Positions 38,801 to 52,340 of a stretch of DNA of 64,000 nt are shown here, piece after piece. The DNA lies in assembly GCF_022539665.2 (NCBI RefSeq), contig NC_081331.1, positions 5,270,001-5,334,000 of the forward strand, read 5' to 3'. Below the pieces are notes generated by a model, which saw nothing but the letters and a program-made list of their open reading frames with translations, ran no database searches and was not told the DNA's origin. This stretch comes from Daphnia carinata. Lineage: Eukaryota. The position numbers were made by a program, and so were the translations under genes. Each line of letters begins with the position of its first letter. The stretch's first letter is position 1.

Positions 38801-40372
38801 TTCGAAAACCCATCCGTCCTAGAATCGCGCGACCTGCAGCTACTGCCACCAAAGCAGATGCGTTTGAAGTGGAATTTGCTTTCGATCCCAATGAGGATCC
38901 GTTCAAACCCAAAAAGAAATTAGGAGCTTCCCCCACCAGAGATGGTAGTCCTCAAAAGCAACCCGAAGCCAATATCTGCAATACCCACCAAGTTGTAAGA
39001 AATGTTGCTCAGTTGTGTAATTTTACGGTCCATCTCTTGAACTTAAGATTTACTTTCCAGGATAATTCTGAAGACAATAACACTGTGATCGAAAGCATTC
39101 CTCAATCGGCCTCACCGAACCCAGAAACGGTCAGTGAGCGGCTGTCAAGCGAAGGCACTGAACAAGAAGAATTCCGACCTGCCCAGGAAGTCTTTCATGA
39201 TCCATCCGAGCTGGATTTCCTTATGCAGCACGGTGGTTCCTCGCATGATATTGCTTTGGCCAGGCAATCGCTATTTGTCAAGTTTGATCCACTTGTCACA
39301 GGAAGACCTAGCATGTTTCCATCTCGCCCCTCTGATGGTGGTAAAATATTTCGGGATATTTTTATAATTGAATGCCTTTTTATTTTCAACGTGTGGTCTT
39401 TGTAGGTGGTGATGAGACGATTCTAGCGGAAGAATCTACCGGTCGTAAATCTGCGGGAGAAAGTTTATTCTTGTTCAGCCCACCACACGCTTCAAGCGCA
39501 CCCAAAGTAGAAAAAGCGGATTCGGTTGAAAAAGCCCGTCCACAGGAGTGCTTAATGTCCAGTCGAAATGTGACAGGCGATGTTTTGAGTCTTAACGAAC
39601 ACAAGGAAGCATTGAAACTGCAGGAATTGTTGTTTCAAGACAAGTTGCTTCAAAAGGAACGTGAAATTCTAATGAAAGAAAATGAAATTCACGATTTCAA
39701 ATCAAAATTTGAGGCTACCATTGAAGCTCAAGCACAGATGAGGTATTTCTGTTAAAAGCTTTTGCTATTTTGAAATCCATTTATTCATGTCTTCCTTTAC
39801 AGACAAATTGTCGGTGAATATGAGAAGACCATATCTCAGTTAATTGCCGAAAAGGAGAGGGAAAAGGCGAACATGGAGACCACCCTGCAAAATACTATAA
39901 AGGAAAGAGATCAAGCGATCGAAGATTTGAAAGAAGTGGAGCGTGCTTTTAGTGAGTTTCATCGAATGTACGAAAGGAATCGTACCGCAGCTGAGAATTT
40001 GCATAAGAATGAAGAAGCTTTAAAGAAAGCTTTAGCAGCCTACCAGGAGAGGTTGCAACAAGAGCAACACAAATATGAAACGCTAAAGCTGCATGCCGCT
40101 CAGAAACTGGAAGGGTATGTATCTTGTTTTCCTCTTCACTACGAGTGGCCATGGTACCCATTATGGTTTTGTTATTCAGGGCTCAACAAGAGATGGAGAA
40201 CTTGAAGCGCAATCTTGAAGGCGAGAGTTCTCGGGTGAAGGCTCAGCTTAAGAAAACTGAGATGAGATTGGCGTCGGTCGAGCAAAGTCTTGAGCAAAAA
40301 TCGAAGGAGAACGAGGAGCTCACCACTTTGTGCGACGAGCTCATTAATAAGTTAGGATCCAGTGCTAAGTAA
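32881..40372 (+). CDS. TACC: Transforming acidic coiled-coil (TACC) protein; 5' exon structure uncertain
   Basis: C-terminal TACC coiled coil in exons 39406-39742, 39802-40113, 40180-40372 (QIVGEYEKTISQLI...AFSEFHRMYER...YETLKLHA...LEQKSKENEELTTLCDELINK). ELDFL...LARQSLFVKFDPLV resembles the TACC3 Aurora-A S558 region. Large acidic exon 35547-37937 plus smaller exons 38232-39340. Candidate first exons at 32881, 34184 and 34675. Confidence 0.9.
36761..37144 (+). repeat. 24-bp coding tandem repeat (EEEPVPVL): 13 identical units at 36785-37096 plus near-identical flanking units
   Basis: gaagaggagcccgttccagtctta repeats in register. Degenerate units extend from about 36460 to 37340. Confidence 0.97.
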
Positions 40373-41827
40373 AGAAGTCCCACCCTCCACCGTTATCCTC
40401 TTCAAAATGATTAATATTTCATTGCTACCTAAAATCGATATTTCATCTTTTATAAGTTTTTTTTTTCTTTTAGTTGTTAGTTTTTAAAACTTTTGCTTTA
40501 AGCTCTTATTTGTGCCTTGCCTATTCATCACCTGTCGCGATAATAATTTCTACAGCTCTCGGAGAGTCTGTCATTCTTGTAAAATAAGTACTTCAGGAAT
40601 TACATGTTTCACAAACGCGTTGATTGGCTAGGAAACATCCACGTGCAAAGAAAATTGTTCTTTTATTTTCATCATCAAAGACTCAATCTTGTTCCAGGTA
40701 CCATATTCGCTGTGAGCTATAAAAAAATTTCTTTTTTTCTAATCTGCGTTTTAGCCGGACACAAATCGAGTTTGTAACCATTCACAAACAAGGCTTCATC
40801 TTGGGGTTATTTTATTTTTTTGTAATGCATCAACGGCGGCTAGACAGTTGATTACTATGACGCAAGAAATCATATCAAAGTTGGACAGAAGGAAAACAAG
40901 TTGTGACCTAGTCGGGTTTCACTTGATGACTTTGAGATTTTAGGGTCCTCTGTATTATATCTGTCCTTCAGATCATATAACTCGCTCATTTCTTTCAATT
41001 GAATTCGGGGACGTCAGAGTGCAACTAAATGGAATTGTGACGTTATGAGGAAAAGCGCGTCGAACTGTTTCAGTAAACAGACCGTGTGGCGGGAATCCAA
41101 CCTTCTGGATTGGCTCTTGTGTTGTTGGTGCAACCACGTGATAACGCCAATAAATGTAGAAATAATCTGTTGGAACCGGATGGAACCGATAAAACACCAA
41201 TATTGACTAGGTTTGCTATGCAAAGACAAGCTTCCTTTTCAAAATTGCACGGAAGAGCACTTGTAAGTGGTTAGATGACACTATTGAAACAAGATTATCG
41301 ATTGTTTTACACGTTCTCTTCCTATATGGCCATTCGCTCAAGGAGAACTTAATTCTTCCGATTATTATTTGAACACAAACTGCATTTTCTGTTAGGAATC
41401 AATTCCTTCCATATGATTGAAATTGTAGTACGTTAAGTTATTGTTATAAGTAAAGAAGTTTCTGATTTCTCTATCCGTATTGGCTTCCGTCAAGATAAGA
41501 AACTCGTTCTCGGGAGTCCAAGTCCAAGAGAAACTTCGATCGAAGTTGGGCGGTGAGAGCCTGGGTGGTGGGGGAGGAGGCATGTACAGACGACGGTGAG
41601 TGAACGAAACATTGAGAGAATTTAGGATGTTTTAGCTTAAAATTAACTGCATTATTTGTATGTTAACGATTCGAATAAACTTTCCTCTGTTCTCGTTACA
41701 AAGGCATTTAATCACGAATTTATTAAAGGAAAAATTTATTATTTTCTAAATGAAGACAGTGAAACGTCGGCTGCTATTGGCTTATTACCTACCGAGTCAT
41801 AACGTGGCTCAGGATTGGTGGATAGTG

Positions 41828-41840
41828 CCACGTGACGTCA
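41828..41840 (+). promoter_or_regulatory. Overlapping E-box/CRE composite (CCACGTGACGTCA) about 1.5 kb upstream of the CREBRF ATG
   Basis: CACGTG at 41829-41834 overlaps a perfect palindromic TGACGTCA at 41833-41840. Function is inferred only. Confidence 0.4.
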
Positions 41841-43315
41841 CAGCCTTGCGGGAGTGTGGAGAAGGCCTCGATCAAAACAGAAAGACCAAAAGATTGCTCA
41901 GTGGAGGAAGGTTGTGTGGGCAAAAGCGGAGCCATGTGTTGCACTGGTTCGACCAAAACAAGACTCTAAACAGTCCAACAAACATTCGCAACGTCAACGT
42001 AACCTAGTGAATTTCGGAAACGTGATTTAGCCCGCATAAGTGTTGTTGGATTTCGACACGACGACTTGATCAGCCAGGTAAAAATTGAGAGAAAACTTGT
42101 GAAAATATTGTGGCATGAGGAGAAGGAGGGAGGGGTAGGGAGGCCAATGTTTGGGAGGCGAAAGGGGGACCTTATCGGGAGTAGCCATGCTCACGCGGGT
42201 TTGAGGCAGCAGTAAAGTGTAGTGCCCAAGGCCAACTGGTTCGAACCAGTTTAATTGAATAAAAAACATTTGCTTTTTGGCGGGAAAAACGATTTAAACA
42301 TAACATTACGTAACAGTTGTGTTTGCGTTTCTCCTTGTTGAGAAGAAGCCATTGTAGTTACACAGTTGTTATCGTTTTCTATTCCTCGGAACTTGTCATG
42401 GGAAAAAAAGGTTTGTTTGGGGGCCGAAATGGCACACAGTCTCGCGGCCATTTTGATTTGTTTTTGTTGCCTTTTCATTCCTCTTCGCGCACACGGAGTA
42501 GGAGGAGGGGACTAGTAAACAACTTGGTTGCACGACCTTGAGCGAGGGCTTTGGCCTGCTCAAGGCCCCAAGGACTTTCTATTTTGAAAATTAATTTTTC
42601 CACATTGCCATTTCCATGTGTATATTTGGTTCTCTTTCACGACATCCCATTGATTGTTCAATAAAGAGCTCCACCTTGCCAACCTTGACTATGGCGGGAT
42701 TCACGGACCGCCTCAGGCATTCGAAATCAACAATGAAACGTGGGATATAAATTGCAAAACAAGGAATTTGAATTATTTTGGCTGAAGAAGAGGATTAGAG
42801 AGAAAATGTTTCCTATTCGAGTGTCGAATCACACCTACCACGCCCACGAACGATCCTGATTTTGTACTTGATTATACAAAAGAGACCCAAATTTGGCGAA
42901 AAGAAAGTTACAATTAAGCTTAGTGGTTCAGATTTAATCAGTCTAGACCATAACAGATTACTAGCTTGCCACGGTACACGGAGTGCGAAAGAAATGTTGC
43001 CGGAATGGAACGCCCTTGTATCGTGAGAGTACCTAAAGCTGTCAAGGTTCCAATGCGTTTACGCAACAACAGCAACAACAACGTGCGCGCGCATTTCACG
43101 TCCCATGCCCTTCCGTAATTGAGGAATTTCCCAAGGGTTGCACCATCGATCTTATCGATTGTCTTAAAAACAAACAGGAAGTTTGACGTTTTTATTGCTT
43201 ATCGGGCCCCATACTTGATTAATCGCGCAATCGGATTTTTTGCCAATCGTCCCCTAAAGTGACCGTTTCCATGTTTTACAAGACATTTATTTTCATAGAG
43301 GGAAAAGGCCGAAAA

Positions 43316-46300
43316 ATGACTACTGCCCCGAAAGGGGGACTGGGCAATGGACAGTCGAGTATGGCTGGAGGCGGCATATTCGACCCTTCCGTTCTCTTCG
43401 ATTTGGATGACATTCTTATGGCCGGAGATTGTAGCAATGACACGCAGAGCTCGTTGGTTCATACACCGATTAAAGAAGAACCAGAATACGACCACGATGA
43501 CCACAGGTAATTTCACGTGACTTAAAAAAAGAGAAATGCTAAAAAATAATGTGGAAATGGATTTTTAATGTAGATATGTCCACTCTCCGATCGGTTTGCC
43601 TATACCAAATCGGAATGGAGGCATCGGGATGCTGGGCTACACATCCATCAAGCAAGAAGTGGGAAATAGCAGCAGTCCCGCGGGAGGTATGTGGGGAGCT
43701 CCATCTCAAATGCAACGGACTGTGAACAATATTCCGTTTCCCGTTACGCCCTTCAACACACCATCCCAGGGCCCGTCGGTTTTTATGGGCCCTGATTTAA
43801 GAAACTTTTTTCTCTCTGGCACCGACAGTCATCACCACCATCTCAATTCCGTTAGTAACCCGACACTCTCCGTGTCAATCAAAGAAGAGCTGACGGATCT
43901 AGAAACAGACTTGGAGACGATGAAAGTATGTATCCTTTTCTTTTATTGATTGATACGTTGTTTTTTCTTCTACTATAAATACTGATCTAGGCTATTTCCA
44001 TGTTCCCAATGGAGGAGGATGACATCTTCCAAGTGGACAAAGCTGATCTAATCCAAGGTCCGACTCTGGCTGAATTGAACGCCAATGACGAGTCCTTGTT
44101 GACCGATTTTAATTTCGACGACTTTGTCATGCCTACGCAGATAACAGGAAAATACATCAAACCATTTAATGGATCAGATGTAACATAAAAAAAAACAATT
44201 GTCTATAAAATGTCATGCCATACTTAAATTATTTATGCCCTTCATAGAATGTGAATGCTGATCGATTCCGAATGGCGGAACTGAATGCGGCTTTCTCTGC
44301 TTCGCCGAGCCTGTCCCATTTTGAATTAAACAGAGTATAATATTGGCCATAATTCTCTCTACAAGAAAAACAATATCAGTAATCTTTTTTTCTTTTCCTT
44401 AATAGACAAGAAATGTTATGGCAGGCATGGCAAGCGAAGACGATTACTCTCAGCTGGGGGCATCTCAAATGGGTTTCGACTTAGAGCAGCTACCATCGGT
44501 AGACATGCCATTTCCCAGTTCAGGAACACCTTTCTCGTTGACTGGCATAGAGAACAATGCTGGTATGAGTTCCACAACCGTCACCAGCCCACTTTCGGCT
44601 AGCCTTCCGGCCAATTTCGGTCACGTCACTTTGTCCAAACTAACCCGACGTACCGAGGAGGGTGGCAGAGTCAAACCGCCTCCTCCCTACCCGACCTCTC
44701 CTCCTCAGAAGAACACTAACAATAGTGCCCTCCAAGAACTATTGTCTGTTCGTTCACCTGGTCGGCTACCTTCTCCTAATGCTGCAGGTTCGATAACCAA
44801 GCAATGGTTGGCAAACAATATAATATTAACAGCAAGTAATCTAGGAGGAAGCCATTCTCCATCGCCGACTGCCCAGCGTCCAACATATTCAGGAGGAGCT
44901 CGTCAAAGGACTTCAAATAGTGGATCTTCTTCTTCTGGAGGTGGCGGAGGTCAAAGCATCCCCAGATCGCCCAACTTGGCTGCAACCAATCCATTACTCC
45001 TGGCCCGACTCTCCAGTTCTGCCCCTGGTCCGTCCATTCTTGGTGGCAACGCACCGCCGGGAGAGTCGAGCACCTGGCAGCGACGAGAGCCCCGCAACCG
45101 GCTTTTCTCTACCAGCTCTTTGGTTGAGGAAGTCCATGGTTCCGCATCTTCCATTTCGACCGGTATGTGCAATTAGAGACAAGTGTTGCACAGCGTCTTT
45201 GGATTTCGTCCGCCGCTCACTTGTCCAGTATTTGATTGAAATTAATGTGATGCTATTTTTATCAAAACAAAGTTGGCATACTGAGTCCTGGTTCCTTTGA
45301 TTTTTCTCACGATGAAGGATTCGATTCGGAAGACGATTCGGATCATTACGAAGACTTTGACGACTCGGATTCAGGTATGCCTGTAATTTTGGCCCCACCA
45401 GCTGCAATTCCGTACCACAACAGTCTCCCTCTTTCACGCACACATACAACATCAGATTCAGGCGGCAGTGACGAAGAAAGTCGAGGTGAAGCCCGGGCCG
45501 GATCTTCATCGGGAAAAAAGGAGCGCTTCTTCTGGCAGTACAACGTTCAAGCCAAAGGACCCAAAGGACATAAAATCAGCCTGGCTCCGGAAACGGTCGA
45601 CCCGCATGTTCTAAACAAAGTTCAAGATCCCGTCTTCAGTCCATATTGTTCAGTCGATGGTATCAAGCATAGGTAAGAAAAATCTGTAATATCTAAAGAG
45701 ACATTTTCATTTTAATGCATAGAATTGTCCACAGTGGGAAAGCCAGACGGGGAGATGGCAACGATTTGACGCCCAATCCACGAAAACTTCACAGCATTGG
45801 CCGCGAACTGGACAAACTCAATCGGCTCATCAATGACATGACGCCCGTCAGTGAGCTTCCCATGGCTGTCCGGCCCAAGTCAAGAAAGGAAAAGAATAAA
45901 CTTGCTTCCAGGTATGCCTACTTACCTAAGGGATGTTATAAATGCTTAAAAACACTAACGAGAATAAAATACATTTCATTTCAGGGCCTGCCGTTTGAAG
46001 AAGAAGGCACAGCATGAGGCCAATAAAGTTAAACTATACGGACTGGAACAAGAACACCGTAATACTCAATTTATCCTTCAGCTTTTGTTTCTATAAATGC
46101 TAAGTAAAAAACGTTCATCCGCTTCAGGGAAGTTGATGGCAGCTATATCCCAAACTAAATTGATGATTGCTGCTAAATATGATGTCATGGCCGTGGCACA
46201 AAACCCGTCTTCTACCCCACAACAGGGTCAGGATGCTTCCGCGCGGTTGGAACGCATCGCCAAAAGTCTTACAAGTAACTGTGCAACGTTAACTGTTTTA

Positions 46301-46433
46301 AAACATCGATAATAACTATTGCTGTTTTGTTAACGCAGAAGTAAAAATTGCTGGCCATTCAACCGACTTTGTGAATCGTGTTTTGGAAAGAGTCAAAGCC
46401 GGTGAGCCGTCCGGAGGACTGGACGAGATCTAA
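43316..46433 (+). CDS. CREBRF: CREB3 regulatory factor / REPTOR bZIP transcription factor
   Basis: Motifs [36 protein letters not shown] and [18 protein letters not shown], then the b[37 protein letters not shown] assembled across canonical introns. Stop at 46431-46433. Confidence 0.93.
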
Positions 46434-47362
46434 AAGTTTTGAAAACCAGAAATTCATTGTAGTCGTTATCAATTGGGATGATAAGATCGAGACCGAAAAA
46501 AGGGAAGAAAAAAAGGAATTAAAGAAACAGAGATTTCATTTGCCTTGGATGCGGGGACGAATTAAATCATCAGATGGCTCGCGAAGAAAGTCCAGATGTT
46601 ACCGTTCTAATTTGGTTATATATATATAACTGTATCAGCTTTTCGATTGGTATATATTGTTTACACTATAGCTTTACATATTGATACGGACATATACATT
46701 CAGCTATGTATATATGTATATCAATGGTAAGTGTTTTTATGTAATCGTCGGTGGCTGCGTCACGGAATTAGAAGTCCGATCAATGGCGTGCCAAGTCATG
46801 ATAGGACGTCCGGAGGGGAAGGTACTGAAATAGTAGTGCACTTTGTCACAGAAATATACAGTGGCTTTTCTCCTCTCGTTTTTCTTTTTGCCATTATCTA
46901 TCATGCTATGTAATGGCGACAACAAAAATCTAGATCCCGATTTGTTGGTTTTGTTTGCAATTGTAAACAATGAACAGTACCTTTATTGCTGAAATTGTGA
47001 AGCGGAAATTGTAGATCAGATCTATAAAAGAAATACAATTATCATTTGGTTTAAACCAGAGACACTTTTGAATCATTATGTTGCCCTTTTTTATAAAACA
47101 AAACCAAATTTAACTTCTTTAGTGATTTTAAAATTGGGAGTTTTTTTTTTTTTTTTACCTGAGCGTGATTTATTTGACAACGCTGCCTCGTGAAATTCAA
47201 AAACTGTGTCAGTCCTAGAAGACACTGACAACCGAAAACGGTGCAGGTAAACGGCTGTATCAATTGCTAACAAACATGTTTGGATTCTAACAAAAGTTTA
47301 AACCACGAAAAAGTTTTGTATTGTGAAACTAACTGAAAAATATATACTAACTGACAACAAAG

Positions 47363-49854
47363 ATGGACGCGGACGAGTCCTTAGTGAAAAAGCTGAGAAA
47401 TGAGTTGCCTGACCAGTTTACCTCCCTTGTCAAGATGCACTTGTCCTTTTGCCTGGATCAATCCACAGATGAGTAAGTTATCTAATTTTATGCATTTTGT
47501 ATGACATTCAATTCATTATTTGTTTTACCTTCCTCAGAGTTGACTGTTTGACTCCTCAAAGTAAGATATCTGACAAAAAATCCATTGCGAGCATCAAAAA
47601 GACACGCTTGCCAAAGCAACAAGGCATGGTGGAAGGAATAAAACATGCTTCACAAATTCATCAGCTTATAGATTACTTGTCGAAACCATCAAGTATAAAT
47701 TTAATTTGAATATTGAATTTCACAATTTTAGTGTATTCAGACTAATATTTTTTGTTCCCAGGCTTAGTTCAAGAAGGTCTATTTAGAAGGAATGGAAAAA
47801 TAAAGCAACAACAAGAATTAATGAATCTAGTAAAGGAAAAAAAAGCTTCTGAAATAACTTCATTGCTTGAGTCTAATGCATATTCAGTACATGAAGTAGC
47901 TACAGTGCTGAAAAATTTATTAGCAGATATGCCAGAACCTTTGTTGATCGAAAGCTATTACCCATTCCACTGCTGCCTTGCCAGTAAGTAACTATTGTTT
48001 TAGCTGGTTTTTTTCCTGTAAAATCGTCTATCAATTCCTTTTCGTGCAGAACTAAATCATCAGGAAAGGCAAATTAAAGGGTGTCAATTACTTGTTCTTC
48101 TCTTGCCAAATGAGAACGCAGCGATCCTCCGCCGGCTTCTGACTATGTTGCACGAAGTTTCGTTGCATGAAGATACTAACAAAATGAATGCCATGAATCT
48201 GGGTATCGTTTTGGCCCCGCACATTTTATGTCCACGAAAAGTAAATATATGATCATTCCATCAGCAGTAGAACTCCTTATAATGACGCAAACTATTTCCT
48301 AGATGTCGGCTGAAGATCTGACATCAAACGCTTCGTCTTTGGCGCATATTGTCTCGTTCATGATTGAGAGAGCAAAAGTTTTGTTTGACTTACCACCTGA
48401 ATTTGTCTCAGACGTTCGCCTCCACTTCAAGCGGGACAACGAGGAAGATTCTTCGAGTACGTCTTCCACGCCACCCGTTAAAACCACCATTACCTTTGTG
48501 GATAGGTAAATGAAATTTCGACTTTTGCTTCTCTCAGTAAACAAAATTAATTAATTATTGATGTTCGGGTTCTATTTTCAGGGAAATGACTGCCAAAGTT
48601 GTGGCAGAGGTTGGGCTTGACCCTACTGAAGCGGCTTTAGCTGAGTTGTATGCTTATGTCCAGTCCCAGCCAGAATCTGAGATTAAGAAAAAGTGGGTTC
48701 ACAAGTTCAACAAAGAAAATGGCTGTGGAACGCCAAAGGTTATCTTAAATTCAAGTATCAGTGACGCGTGTGCCAAGAATTGCAAAAATTTATCACAGTC
48801 TATACGAGTAAGTTGGAAAACACCACTTCGTAGCAGTTGTTGTCGTGTTGTGATGTAACTCTTATGTTGTATAGAAACATCTTTTTAACGGAGCTGGCGT
48901 GTCCCCGAAACGACGACGATCGAAATCCACAACTCGTGCTCATGCACTTTGTTACTCCGGTGAAACTTCCCCACCCGTTCCCGAATCGACGGCTTCGGTA
49001 TTTGATCTATTAGTAATTCTGTTCTGCCTAAGACTTATCGCTTGATCCAAATGTAGAGTGACGACTGTAAATCACCTAGCTTAAAGTCTGGTAGACTATA
49101 CCACAGCAGTCGCCGGAGCCTGCTGGAATCTACCCCTACGTCATCAGATTTCATTCGACACCCAGCTTTTACCAAACAAGCTAACAGTGTTGGTTCACAT
49201 CCACTGGGAGCTTTACATTCTGATTTGACCAAAGAGAGCAATATTCATCAAGACCAGGTCATTTCTCCCTTGACCCAATCTGCTCAGCGCTTCCCATACT
49301 ATGTCAGAGACTCCATTATGACTCCGCGCTGCCGGAAGCCTGTATTTACGTTCTCTCCAATTGATGAGCCTGCCGACGATCTCGTACCGAACTCGGATGC
49401 TCTGCAATTAGCTAATATGAATCTGATTCATCCTCCATCATCCATACAGGACACTAATCAAATCACCAATAAATCAACGTGTTCTTCGTCAGACAAGGAA
49501 AATTCAGCAGAGATTTCAGATGATTCTGACATAAGCCTGACAGACGACTCAGAAAATTCGATTATCTCTGGATGCGCTTTTATCAAAGAAAGCCGAGGGC
49601 AGTTGACTTCACCTTTCAAGAAATACTTAATGAATCGCGAAATGCAGGTTTTTGACGAATCTGGCCTAGACGGAGATGACGCAGAATTGTCAAGAACTGG
49701 CCCGTCACTTTTGGGGTCTGAGAAAGCAATCTCCGAGTCACTGCTGGAATTCTTGGATGGAAATGGACAAGATTCAGACAGTTATCCTCACTCGTCTCCA
49801 TCACGCCCATCTCCACCCATGACCAAGAGTATTTTATTTGAAACATCTCTCTAG
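47363..49854 (+). CDS. ARHGAP19: Rho GTPase-activating protein 19-like
   Basis: N-terminal LVKKLRNELPDQFTSLVKMHLSF. RhoGAP core EGLFRRNG (arginine finger), VATVLKNLLADMPEPL and NKMNAMNLGIVLAPHILCP. The segment TEAALAELYAYVQSQPESEIKKKWVHKFNK is of the ARHGAP19 type. Confidence 0.88.
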
Positions 49855-50190
49855 AGAAACACACTTCATTATTTTCTGATTTTCCCCATCTAGATACAAC
49901 CGACTTTTAAATCCTTCAAATGCCTGTCCTTTTATAAAAAAAACATCTGTTAGCCAGATTAACACGTAGTAGTGATTGATTCTTTTCGTTTTTAAATCAG
50001 AAAAAACGATATTTCCAATAAAAATGTTGAACGTTGATCTTATAAATTTATTGCTAGCTCATTTCAGATACTTGAGTACGCAAATTCAATGAAGAAAAAT
50101 TTTAGTTCAGCGTGATGAAAGGTATTAGTTCTCTGGACGCCTAAATTCGTCGTTACCAATGGCACACTAGGTGATGCTGGCATCAGCCAG

Positions 50191-50355
50191 ACACCAACAA
50201 TTTTGTGCACGCAGACTCCGACCTCAACACTATATATTACTTATCCAATATACTGTATGGCAATCCGTTTTACACCAACAATTTTGTGCACGCAGACTCC
50301 GACCTCAACACTATATATTACTTATCCAATATACTGTATGGCAATCCGTTTTACA
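50191..50355 (+). repeat. Perfect 81-bp tandem duplication that includes the left TIR of the adjacent element
   Basis: Units start at 50191 and 50272. The ORF track shows the same 27-aa repeat in three frames. Confidence 0.95.
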
Positions 50356-50499
50356 TTAAAAAAAAAAAAAAATTTCGCAAAAAAAAAAAAATCACACTTT
50401 TTTCTTTTTTTCCGACACGTAGCCATCTACCGCTCAGACTCGTTATTACTGGCGTAAGCAATTTCAGTCCATTGGATGCCATTCGCAGTTAGTTCAGTA

Positions 50500-51700
50500 G
50501 CGTGGATGGAGAATAACGCGTGGCTGGAGGAACAATTGAAAAATGGATAAGATAATACAACAAAAGGATGGTAAGTATAAACATTATTGTATTTGTTTTC
50601 AATTATTAATTATTGTTTATTAGATCAAATTATGGACCTGCAGCATCAATTATTGCAACAGCACAAAATATTAAATAACAGCAAAGCTAAGGATGGTAAG
50701 GCCTAATACATAATGATTCTATTTATTTGCTTTTATTCATTTGTGTTTTGTAGCTCAAAGTTTGAGTCTACAAGCTCAGCTAGGGGAAAAAAACAAATTG
50801 GAACGGAACAGTTTCCAAACAGTGAAGGAGGTTTTTCAAAACTCTTCCCTAACTGAAAGTGAGGATGAGTTGGCGTTAGGCGAACACAGTCAGGTACCTA
50901 AACTTTACAAATAAGAATTCAAAATAAGTATAGAATTTTAAAAAAAAATTATTTATTGTTTAGTTATTCAGTCCACCACCTGACAGTGTGTTAAATTTAA
51001 ATTCTGTTAGTGCTGCACTAAAAGAATTGTTAATAATAAGTCCATGCAGCGAAGGAAGTGAAGAATTGTGGGACCGTATTTGGGCCGAAAATGGGTGTGG
51101 TACGGAAACTCAGAAATGGCATGAGTTCAACATAAAACATGGATTAGGTACTTTTCGGTTTTTTGTCTATTGAAAAAGTATTTTTCATGCTGTTATTTTG
51201 CATTCACAGAATTTTAGCGGGGGATCAAGTAAAATCTGGAAGTGTTACAGGATGCAAGAGTGAGCCTACAGTTGAAAAACACTGAAAGTGCATTACCATT
51301 AAGGTATGAGCTGCTTCTCTTGCTAAAGAACAACTTGTCCTTTACGTTCAAGGTGTTGGTGAAACTGGGTACTTAAATGGCTCTAAAGATGTTTCACTTC
51401 GCTGGCATTGCAGCGATGAACATCATACATGGACTTTTTAGGTATGAAAGGAATTTTCTTTAAATTTTTTTTTGAATTTATGACGAAGCATTTCTCCTCC
51501 TTTTTGCCACCCATGTCTAATCAAAAAAAAATTAATCCAATAGGAAAGGATTTTCAGCATACTGGGAACACAACTATCAACAATGCAACATTCTATGGGT
51601 GCTGTTTTATCATTCAAGAGCCTTATACAATGATTTTCATCTGCAATTTGTATGGCCTTTCCCAAGCTTCTGCCATAAGTTGAATCTATGAGTCATGTAA
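50500..51700 (+). pseudogene. Decayed multi-exon gene of unknown family inside the element
   Basis: A series of exon-like blocks separated by short GT-AG introns (donors near 50571, 50696, 50893, 51148, 51303, 51442, 51697). It has in-frame stops and a 113-bp deletion relative to the copy at 59892-60925. Confidence 0.5.
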
Positions 51701-52340
51701 GTCACATGAGCAACAATTGAGATGCTTAATGGTGTTGTTTTTCTTTTCTCAGTATAGGTTAATAGTAACATTGGATCTGAAAAGATTCTTGGTTGGGGCA
51801 AGACACTGAATAAATTGTAATGATTGAATGGATGACATGACATTTCTATACTTAATTCGAATTCCCGAGACGGTATTTTATATTTAAAAAATTGAAGTGC
51901 ATATCTGGGCTCCCTTCTTTCTGTAGCCCCGTTTCCCTTAAATTTTTAATAAGCCCGTAGGGGGTCATGCCCCTACTGTACGGTATATTTAAAAACAACA
52001 TATACCGAGGTTTGGAGGGCTCTGGCCGGAAAGGGGACGTGGGGTGTCCGCTTAGTCCGATGATGTGTTCACGGAGGGCGATGTGGCTGCCCACAAATCC
52101 GAACTAAAGGTTAATCGCTCCTGTAAAAATGTTCCAAATCTTCAGCTCTCCTTCCGGCTTCTCTTAGCCAATCACCGGGTAATCTCCCCGGTGGGTCAAC
52201 AAGGCAGTGTCTCCCCCTGCCTGGGTTGACGGCAACTTTTGAAAGGGCTATTGTGCCTTTTTAAAGTTGCAAAATCATTTATATGTGCAGAGTAATGTCA
52301 ATACAATTTATTTTTTTTAAACAAAAAATAGCAAAACTTA
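51084..52340 (+). repeat. Dispersed repeat copy A; homologous to 59892-60925 (+) and ~61428-62793 (-)
   Basis: Shared text such as gccgaaaatgggtgtggtacggaaac, MTKHFSSFLP...GLSQASA ORFs in all three copies, and tttggagggctctggccggaaagggg shared with the reverse copy. Confidence 0.92.

Noticed and set aside
44140..44250. Possible non-canonical GA donor in CREBRF after ...QITG
   Set aside because: A canonical GT donor at ~44180 keeps the frame with the next exon.
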